A stretch of 64,000 bases of DNA. It comes from Eledone cirrhosa (taxonomy: Eukaryota). The translations under genes were made by a program, and so were the position numbers. The notes under the pieces were generated by a model. That model saw only the letters and a list, made by a program, of their open reading frames with translations, did not search any database and was not told where the DNA came from. The stretch lies in the NCBI GenBank assembly GCA_964016885.1, contig OZ024742.1:201314001-201378000 (forward strand), given 5' to 3'. Position 1 is the first letter of the stretch, and each line of letters opens with the position of its first letter. This document shows, piece after piece, positions 46,369 to 56,504 of this stretch.

Positions 46369-46614
46369 ACGGAAAAAATGAAACGAAATTTCATTTCCCA
46401 CTCTTAGTACGGCTGTTACTTAAATATAAGTATGTACACGTACATACATATATGTATACAGACGTACAGTAGTATGTATATATATATATACATACATGCA
46501 CACATATATATATGTACGTATGGATTCAACGGACATTTATTATAATGCTCGGTGTGTTTGTAAACAAACATCCCGTATTAAGCCGTAGTGTCCTGCAATA
46601 TATATATATATATA

Positions 46615-49600
46615 TATTCATTCAGGTTTGAGGTTCACCACTGTATAGAGCTGGTCTATTCCGTATGGTCAATCGTAATGCAATAATATAGAGAGTACTC
46701 AACGTAAAGCAGTTCAACCGTCTTTGTTTTTGTAGTTGGTGGTGCTATTACGGAGTTAAATATTATAATCAAATGACAGGAGGCTGGATTTGTGTAAATC
46801 CTTGAAAGGTTTATTATACTATGATCATTTCAATGACCGGGTTCCGTATGAATCCGGTGATATAATCAGGTATTCGAAATATAATACGTGAATGTAATAG
46901 GTAAAATCCATGGGGCTGAAAATCGAAACCCGAGGGCGACCGCTATTCTGTTCCTTCAACCTCAGCCGGTCGCCCTGGAGTGACTTGGCTAAATTTTACA
47001 GTATGCTACTACCGGTCAGATGAACGAAAACAGAAAGGGATGGGAGCATAAGTTAACGTCGATCCCATGACACAAGGTAAAAGAAAGAAAGAAAGGAAGG
47101 AGAGAGAAGAAGGGGGAAGAAAGAAGAAGAGAAGCCAGGGTTAATGTCAGCTAAAAGAGGAAGGCAACTACTACTGGTCAGATATAGGCAAGCAAGAGGG
47201 GGAAGGAAGATAAGTCTGCGGGAGGAAGACAAGAGGAGGGGAGAAGAGAAGGAAGGGAAGAGAGAAGTAGAAAAGTAAGGGTTGATGGCTACAAGAAGGA
47301 AGATAGAAAGAAAGAGGAAGAAAGGTCGATATTAATGTCAGACCACAGTCAAGCCAGGAGTGGCGCGAGAAAATTTTCACAGGGACCCGCATCTTAGCAG
47401 AGTTGAATATATTGGGAGTCAGTGTGTTACAGTGTTTAGACTTCTAGGATGAAGTTAAAAAAATTAATAATCAATATTCAATATTAAAGAGGTTAGAAAA
47501 TTTAAAGTTCAACAGTTTAACATTTAATTATATAATAGTTCCGATTTGTTCTGTAATTTAAAGGTACTATGTGGCGGTTAAAACACCGGCCGCGCCCCGG
47601 GCCCCATGGCGAACTAAGCCACGCCGAGTATTTTCATTTACTGAAAGAAGGGGAAATTTATTTTTCCAAGCACTCCAGGTGAGCTCGTTCGCCAGGGAGC
47701 TGGTCGCGCCGCCATTAAAACCCACCCAACAGTCCGACAGAAAGTTGGAACTTTAAAATTTTGCTTAGAGAAGTAAAAGAGTAATGGTTGATAGCTACAA
47801 GAAGGAAGATAGAAAGAGAGAGGAAGGAAGGTCGATATTAATGTCACACCACAGTCGGGCCAGGAGTGGCGCGACAAAATTTTCACAGGGACTCGCATCT
47901 TAGCAGAGGTGAATATATTGGGGGTCAGTGTGTTACAATGTTTAGACTTATAGGATGAAGTTAAAAAATTAATAAATTAATAATCAATATTCCATATTAA
48001 AGAGGTTAGAAAATTTAAAGCTCAACAGTTTCAGGTTGATATATCTAATAGTTCCAATTTGTTCTGTAATTTAAAGGTACTATTTGGCGGTTAAAACACC
48101 GGCCGCGCCCCGGGCCCCATGGCGAATTAAGCCACGCCGAGTATTTTCATTTACCGAAAGAAGGGGAAATTTATTTTTCCAAGCACTCCAGGTGAGCCCG
48201 TTCGCCAGGGAGCTGGTCGCGCCGCCGCTAAAACCCACCCAACGGTCCGACAGAAAGTTGAAATAATTCAGAATAACATTATAAAACTAAGGAGTAAGAG
48301 GATTGAGAATTGAACAAACAGAAAATTGAAGATTAAACATTCAAATAACTTCTATGAGGTTTTGGGTTGCGGGGTTTAATTAAATAGTCTTTTATGAGGA
48401 AACGTTAATTGTATTATGTAGATCTGTAATTTATCCTAGTGGGATGTAGAGTACGGGATATAGTCGTGTAATGTTTAATTTTTGTTCTCAGGAGGAGACA
48501 TTCTAGTGTCGTGTGCTAATGGGTACAGGTCCCAATGTGAGGAGTAGAAATACATGGATACATAGAAGTGGAATACGTGGAAGAGCTAATGGGTACAGGT
48601 CCCAATGTGAGGAGTAGAAATACATGGATACATAGAAGTGGAATACGTGGAAGAGCACATTGGTACAGTAGAGGTATAAGTATATAAACATATCAATATA
48701 TAGGTATAAACATGTAAATAAACCAACAAGAGTGGTGTTGGAGTAAGATGGAGAAATCAGGACATAGGAGAATTACAATATAATTCAGGTTGCAGTATTT
48801 ATGTTCCGGGGGGGGGGGTCAATCCTGTGTCGTGTGCTAAGGGTGCACGCGAGTAAAAGTCCGAATAAGAGGAGTAAAAAGTACATGGATGTATAGAGGT
48901 AGAGTACGTGGAAAGGCATTAATACAGCAAATAAAGATGTGAAGATATAAATAAACAAACAATAGTCGTTGTCTAGTAAATGTAGAGTTCAAGACACAGG
49001 AGAAATACAATATAGTTCAGGTTGCGGTATTTATGTTCCCAGGGAAAAAATATTCCAGTGACGTGTGCTGAGGGTACACGCGAGTAAAAGTCCGAATAAG
49101 GGAAGTAGAAAGTACATGGATGTATAGAGGTAGAATACGTGGAGGAGCATTAATACAGCAAATAAAGATGTAAAGATATAAATAAACAAACAAGAGTCGT
49201 TGTCTATTAAATGGAGAGTTCAAGACACAGGAGAAATACAATATAGTTCAAGTTGCAGTCAGATAATGCATATAGATGTGGAAACAGTGTGTGTTCTAGT
49301 CTGGGAGTTCACTGTGAGTTATACATGCCCAGAAGTATAGGGTAGCCATTTAGTTAATTCAGTGCAGTACAATACATGTTATGGTCCAGTCCGTGGAGTT
49401 TCGTCGAAGTTCGGATATTCTGTGAGGGGAGTAGCAAAGGGCCAGGCGAAAGCACCGGGTAGCCAAAGTTCGAATTGTGGTTAGATATATTCAGTCCCAT
49501 GCCGCTGTTGATTATTACATTTTGAAGTGCTCAACATTTCAGGAGCGTTATTTATTCAGGTTTGAGGTTCACCACTGTATAGAGCTGGTCTATTTCGTAT

Positions 49601-49812
49601 GGTCAATCGTAATGCAATAATATAGAGAGTACTCAACGTAAAGCAGTTCAACCGTCTCGATTTTCAGCCCCATGGATTTTACCTATTACATTCACGTATT
49701 ATATTTCGAATACCTTATGATATCACCGGATTCATACGGAACCCGGTCATTGAAATGATCATAGTATAATAAACATTTCAAGGATTTACACAAATCCAGC
49801 CTCCTGTCATTT
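46615..49812 (-). mobile_element. 3.2-kb ORF-less PLE-like element with pLTR, direct repeat and inverted repeat
   Basis: 46620-46723 is repeated directly at 49554-49657; 46771-46926 is inverted at 49657-49812; hammerheads at 46816-46873 (-) and 49710-49767 (+); internal tandem duplications; TA runs at both ends. Confidence 0.8.
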
Positions 49813-49831
49813 CATTATTATATATATATAG

Positions 49832-49879
<48 letters not shown>

Positions 49880-49883
<4 letters not shown>

Positions 49884-50600
49884 CACCAATAACAATAAGA
49901 AAAAGGCTAAGAACAACAATGAAGACAATAACAACAACAACAATAATATCAATTTCAACATGAAAGAAAACCACAAAAATAACATGGACAACGCCATCGA
50001 TCTCAACAATACCAATAATGACATCACCACCACCATCATCATCATCAACGTCATCATCATCATCATCATTATCATTGTCATCATCATCATCACTACCACC
50101 ACCATCATCATCATCATCGTCATTATCATCATCAACGCCATCATCGTGATCGTCATCATCATCATCATCATTATCATCACCATGATCATCCTTTTCATCA
50201 TCATTATCATCATTATCATCACAATCATCATTATCCTCATCATCATTATCATCATCATCAACAACAACATCATCTATAACAACAACAGCTGTAATTACAA
50301 CAACAGCTGTAATTACAACAACAGCAATAACTACAACAAAGACAGTAACAACTAAAAGGACTGTGGTACCCTCATCAATAAAATACAAAAGCAACGGCAA
50401 CAATAACAACATAAAATGACAACAACAACAACACTACCCACAGCAACAGTAACTAAACAAGGAAAACGAATAATTTTTAAAAAGCAATATTTCTAACAAC
50501 AACATAAAGAACAACAATAACAACAACACACTTATCTGCCACAACAACAACAACAACGACGACAAACACAGCTACAACTACAACCACATCAACATTAGGA
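49880..50600. repeat. Degenerate (AAC)/(ATC) trinucleotide tract
   Basis: Direct reading; source of poly-D/M/I ORFs. Confidence 0.93.
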
Positions 50601-50785
50601 GATCAGTGAACAACTGCCAATAAAGTATATTTGTTATTATAAATAACGAGAGTAATATGAAATGTTTTAAGTAATGTAATAACTATTAATTTGATCACAT
50701 CCACATTTATTTACATACACGTATAAACACATACATACGTTTAGACACCAATATTTGCATACACATTTATACATGCACACACTCG

Positions 50786-50829
<44 letters not shown>

Positions 50830-51510
50830 AACATGTATAAATATATATAAACATGTATATCCATACGTACACATGCATAATATATATATATACATGCAGG
50901 AATACATATTTCTGCATATATATATATATATATATATATATACTATTTAACTATACATACGCATACACACACATATGCATACCTATACATACATATACGT
51001 ACCTATATAGCTAAACATGTAAAGAAGAAGAAGAAGAAGAAGAAGAAGAAGAAGAAGAAGAAGAAGAAGAAGAAGGAGGAGGGGGGGAGTGAGAGAGAGG
51101 AATATGAGATGGGGGATGAGGAGAAGAAGAATGAGGAGGAGTAGGGGGGGGAAGATGTGGAAGAAGAAGAAGAGGAAGGAGAATAATGAGAAGGATGGGT
51201 GGAGGAAGAGGAGGAGGTGGAAGGGGAAAAGGAGGGGGGGGGAGAAGAAGAAGAAGAAGAAGAAGAGGCCCTTACCTACTGTTGGAGTCGTAGGGGTGCC
51301 GTCATTATATATGGCCTGTCTCGGGCATTTAAACCTGTAGGAGCCCATCCCTCTCCAGGAGCTACATAGACATACAGATATATACATACATAGATAAATA
51401 TACACACACACAGAAATAAATATGTATACACGTATTTACACATGTACACATATATACATATACATATACATATATATACATGTACATACAAATACATATA
51501 TATATTTATT

Positions 51511-51702
51511 AATTGTTTCTATTTTAGGCACAAGGCCAGCAATTATGCAGTACATTACTGGTACTTTATTTTATCGACCCCGTAAGGATGAAAGGCAAAG
51601 TTAACCTCGGCGGGATTTGAACTCAGATCATAAAGGGACGTAACTCTATGCTTCAAAGCATGGTGTCCGACTCTCTACCGATACTGCCAATCCACCGCCC
51701 TT
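51511..51702 (-). mobile_element. tRNA-derived SINE with 12-bp TSD
   Basis: atatttattaat at 51502-51513 and 51707-51718. Confidence 0.88.
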
Positions 51703-51741
51703 ATAAATATTTATTAATAGAAGTTCTTAAATTATTTTATA

Positions 51742-51885
51742 CTAGCAGAATGGTCCGGCGTTGCTCGGGATTTGCTCTAGGGTTCTTATATATTTATCGT
51801 TATCGAGCCTCGTGAAATAAATACGTTTATTTATATTTTGTTATTGTGTATGCTAAAAATATCTGTACACGAATATATAATTATA
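51742..51885 (-). mobile_element. Helitron 3' terminus (same family as the one ending at 12679); probable 5' end near 54987
   Basis: Reverse complement of cccgagcaacgccggaccattctgCTAG; (CTGT)n-containing Helitron-like head at ~54930-54987. Confidence 0.75.
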
Positions 51886-51891
51886 TATATA

Positions 51892-51961
<70 letters not shown>

Positions 51962-51965
<4 letters not shown>

Positions 51966-52140
51966 CACGAGTAGGACCCCGACGGCTGAGCTCAAGCCGT
52001 TTCGACGGCTAATTCTGGACTAGTCCAGAATTAGCCGTCGAAACGGCTTGACCTCAGCCGTCGGGGTCCTACTCGTTCCTATTACCCACTCTACTACCCT
52101 AAGTATTGAGTACTTTGGTGCGTTATGGTCCACCTGGTTG
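51962..52140. mobile_element. Family C repeat with a ~110-bp near-perfect palindrome built from a hammerhead 3' half
   Basis: Palindrome centred at 52020-52023; each arm reads GTC-GAA-ACGG cttgagctcag CCGT-C-GGGG; second copy at 54242-54435. Confidence 0.75.
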
Positions 52141-52158
52141 CTTACCACATTTCCTTCG

Positions 52159-52214
<56 letters not shown>

Positions 52215-52216
<2 letters not shown>

Positions 52217-53795
52217 ACTCCAGTGCCACGGAACACCCGCCCATCGCCTTACGGTCGAACAACGTACTATCTTCATCTTACAGACCCACACTCCCCCCGG
52301 CCTGAACTCCCCACCCTTATTCCTTTAGCATTCGACCGCCCCCCTCCCCCCACACTTTTCCCCCACTAACACCACTAACACACCCCTCCTTTTCACCGCC
52401 CACCCCACACTAACAATACTAACACCTCCACTCCACCCCTCATCTGACCACTCTTCCCCAACTAACATACTAACATCCCTTCCCTCCCCTCTTCTCCTCC
52501 TCCCCCTCCTTATCACACGCACACACGCACCCACTTACACCACCCACCCCCACGCAACTAACATCACTAACATCCTCCAACCCCACGCACACGTACCCAC
52601 ACACCCTCGTACACCACCAACTCTACACACCCTACCCCCACTAACCCTCACTCACACCTGCATTCCACCCCTCCCCACCTCCCGTATATTAACACCCACT
52701 AACACCTCTTCACCAAACTACACACACACCAGTATACCACACTCCCTCCATAGAACCACACACACTCTTCTCTCCCCGCTCCACACTCACTCATCCCACT
52801 CATCCCACTAACACCCCACTAATACACACACACACACACACACACCCTCCTTACTCCAACTCTCACACCTACCCATCCTCGCCTTCCTACCATTCCGCTG
52901 CTATGCCCTTCCGACCACTGTCTCAGCACCAACTGACCACAGCACTTCCACTGCTGACCACTTCCTGTTGCGCGCGCACCCCACATCTCTCCTCTTCCGA
53001 CCACCGCTTCTTGGATTACCCACACGCGTTTTGACTTCTCACCAAAATCTCCATACATCCGTGTAACTTACCACTTTTCAACCACCCTCTAACACCATCA
53101 CCTATATAACTCACCCACACACACACACCCCAAAACAAATTTTTTTATCCACACGCCACCCACACCCACAACACGCTTAAACCACACACACGTGCTTCCC
53201 ACCACATATTTACACCCTCAGCCCCCTGATTCCTCTCCCCCCACCCCCCTATCCACACACGCACGGACCCTCCGACCCACAAAAACACCCCCCACACACA
53301 CCTTCCTGAACATGCAACCCCGTTCTTCCTCCAACCCTCACTTTCACATACACACACACACACACACACGCACACCTAACCACACAGACCACATTCAGCC
53401 CTCCCCGCTCGGACACCCCGTCTCCCTCTCCCCACTCCACCCGCCACCACCTCTACTCACCCCACACCCTTCCACCACCTGTTTACCTCCCTTTTAATTT
53501 CAGTTTATTTTGATCATGCCTTTATTTTTAAATGTTCTCATTCCTTGTATTTTGATCATGCTTTATTTTTATTTATTATTTATTATATTTTTGTCTTTAT
53601 TTGTTAATTTTTCATTCGCACCGTTTCCTTTCGCTATATGTCTCCCCACCACTCCCCTACACACCTTTTGAACTCTCACCTGAAGAAGGGCTTATGCCCG
53701 AAACGTCGTCCCCCACCTACCCCCCACTCTCCTGAGCGTGAATTTAATAAACATTTGTCGTACTGCCTCTCTGTTCTGTCCCTGTTCAATTTTTC

Positions 53796-53798
<3 letters not shown>
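52215..53798 (+). mobile_element. PLE 3' fragment: GIY-YIG C-terminal tail, long C/A-rich 3' UTR and pLTR
   Basis: HRLTVEQRTIFILQTHTPPGLN resembles the PLE endonuclease end; hammerhead at 53678-53709; AATAAA at ~53746; (TA)n on both sides. Confidence 0.8.
53678..53709 (+). ncRNA. Minimal hammerhead ribozyme
   Basis: AC-CTGAAGA-A-GGGC ttat GCCC-GAAACGTC-GT. Confidence 0.78.
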
Positions 53799-53832
<34 letters not shown>

Positions 53833-54046
53833 CAGTCGGAGAAGTACGGAATACCTAGGCCTCGGGATGGTGTCTACATTTTGTGCTTTTAAAAAAAATT
53901 CGTCGCAGATTACCAGGCTTTTTTTCCGTGCGAAGAAAATCAATACTTTATCGCGAAATAAATACTTTGTTTATATTTTGTTACTGTGTATGCTAAAGTA
54001 TCTGTACACGAATATATAATTATATATATATATATATATATATATA

Positions 54047-54224
54047 ACTGTTTCTACTTTAGGCACAAGGCCAGCAATCACCCAGTACATTACTGGTACT
54101 TTATTTTATCGACCCCATAAGTATGAAAGGCAAAGTTAACCTCGGCGGGATTTGAACTCAGACTGTAATGGGACGTAACTATGCTAGAAAGCATGGCGTC
54201 CAACCCTCTACCGATACACCGCCC
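54047..54224 (-). mobile_element. tRNA-derived SINE
   Basis: Same family as 3023-3210; further partial copies at 10433-10500, 25318-25410, 40285-40375, 60070-60180 and 60878-61055. Confidence 0.88.
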
Positions 54225-54432
54225 TATATATATATATATATAACGAAGGAAATGTGGTAAGGAACCAGATGGACCATAAGGCACCAGAGTACTCAACACT
54301 TAGGGTAGTAGAGTGGGTAATAGGAACGAGTAGGACTCCGACGGCTGAGCTCAAGCGGTTTCGACGGCTAATGTTTAGTCCAGAATTAGCCGTCGAAACG
54401 GCTTGAGCTCAACCGTCGGGGTCCTACTCGTT

Positions 54433-54508
<76 letters not shown>

Positions 54509-54649
54509 CAATAGATTAAAGTTTAAGCAAAGAATCGCTGCTTTCACCCTTAATGGGATCTTCTGAAACTAAGAAAATCAATCTGTTAGCGCAGAAGTAA
54601 AGTTTTCGGAAAACGTTACACACTATATATATATATATATACACATATT

Positions 54650-54680
<31 letters not shown>

Positions 54681-55067
54681 CACTCACACCACGTCATAAT
54701 GTCGTAATGCAAACAGCAGACATACAGACAGGTATCATAAGGGCGCAACGTTATATCTATGTATCTATCTAAAAAGAGAAAGACTAAGGATTATAGGGAG
54801 AGAACGCTAAATCGCCTAATGCGGTCCCTAGGGCAATGACAATTTGAAATTGTTTTTGCTCAAAACACTCACAAAACCATAAGCATTACATGTGTAAAGT
54901 TTGAAAACAATCGGTTAGGTGGTTCTCGAGTTTTAGAGATCTGACAGACAGACAGACAGACAGAGATTCTCTGTTTTTGATATATAGGTTATATTATATT
55001 GGTGCTATTAAGTTAGACATTGCGTAGGACAATACTGGCTGAAATCTATCAAAGCTCCCCCCCCTCT

Positions 55068-55150
<83 letters not shown>

Positions 55151-55452
55151 TCTCTCTCTCTCTAAATATATATATATATATATATATATACGATATTAAA
55201 TAAATGGAAACTATATTTATAAAACCATATTTATTTCATTATATATATTTCAGGGATATCATATTAAAAATATGTTATGCCTTCTTCAGACAAAATACAA
55301 TATAAACAGTCTTATAAATAGATAGATTCGACATACCTTTCAACTTCGACTTCCATTTGAAAAGTTGATTTGGTAGTGAAAAATATTAGGGACAGTTATA
55401 AATATATATATATATTTATCTATCTATATATCTACCTATATGTATATATATA

Positions 55453-55631
55453 TAGAGAGAAATCAGATAGGTTGCGGTAAAATACCAGGTGGACCATAAC
55501 CCAGCAGAGTACGGCCGGAACTCAGAAGTCAGGATCCTGAATCTTTTCATATTACCCACTCTGCTACCCCAAGTATCCAGTACTCTGGAGTGTTATGGTC
55601 CACCTGGTATTTTACCGCACCCTATCTGATT

Positions 55632-55640
<9 letters not shown>
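55453..55640. repeat. Fold-back copy of a family-C-related repeat
   Basis: Arms agagagaaatcagataggttgcggtaaaataccaggtggaccataac / gttatggtccacctggtattttaccgcaccctatctgatttctctct; body similar to 5990-6065. Confidence 0.75.
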
Positions 55641-55659
<19 letters not shown>

Positions 55660-55668
<9 letters not shown>

Positions 55669-56091
55669 AAACAGATCTTGATGAAACTTGTCACGTGTGT
55701 GGGGCTCATGCCCGTTTGATTTCTTACGTATATTTCATTTTAATCAAAGGGTTCCCCGCGAGCTCAAAACCCAACCGAAACCCTCCGCTGAAACCCTCGG
55801 TAAATGACAAGATATGATGCCTATTCACAAAAGTTTTGAATTGATATTTTGAAAAACATTATTTACAAGAAACAAGATAAGAATAAGATTTAATAATGTA
55901 ATTTCGATTTGATATATTACAAACAATAATGTTTTCCAATGTTTCATGTATCACATTTTACAGTGAGTAATATTGAAATGCAGAGTTTTTCTGCATAAAT
56001 TATATCACTAATTTAAAATCAATCATCATTTTCTTACAACAAAAAAAAAAAAAATGTGTGAAACGCAGCAAGGCACGGGTAATTCGGCTAG
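55660..56091 (+). mobile_element. Non-autonomous Helitron (5'-truncated)
   Basis: Homologous to 31040-31655; ends ggcacgggtaattcggCTAG|T. Confidence 0.82.
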
Positions 56092-56117
56092 TATATATAT
56101 CTATAAATATATATATA

Positions 56118-56432
56118 TATAAGAAAATCAGTTTTTTCTTAAATAAAAAAAACGAGATGAAGGTATAAGGAAAAAAGATGAAATCGAAAATGCAACTGGA
56201 GTCGTTTTAAGAATATTTATTTGGTTCCTTTACCGGTTTCGCAGTTCGGATGCGAGAAAAACCACAAACCCTCCATCTCAATTCTACTTTTGAAAAGCAG
56301 AAGAACTGCGAAACCGGTAAAGTAACAAAATAAATATTCTTAAAAAGACATCTTTTTTCCTTATACTTTCGCTCGTGTAGGACGTCTCGTTTTTTTTCAT
56401 TTTGTAAAAAAAAAGAAAGAAAAAAACACCTC

Positions 56433-56442
<10 letters not shown>
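56118..56442 (+). mobile_element. Fold-back element with decayed hammerhead
   Basis: Nested inverted arms; TACTT-ttgaaaa-GCAG aagaa CTGC-GAAACCGGTA-AAGTA at 56285-56324. Confidence 0.65.

Positions 56443-56502
<60 letters not shown>

Positions 56503-56504
<2 letters not shown>

Noticed and set aside
47572-47714. Twister or HDV-like ribozyme assignment for the GC-rich domain
   Set aside because: Only superficial matches (GGCGG-TTAA; GGCGAA); the required pseudoknot pairings could not be placed
48505-49260. CRISPR-like array
   Set aside because: Contiguous tandem duplications with no unique spacers, in a eukaryotic context
49807-50412. Acidic poly-Asp ORF with hydrophobic ends
   Set aside because: Degenerate (ATC)/(AAC) microsatellite running into (CA)n
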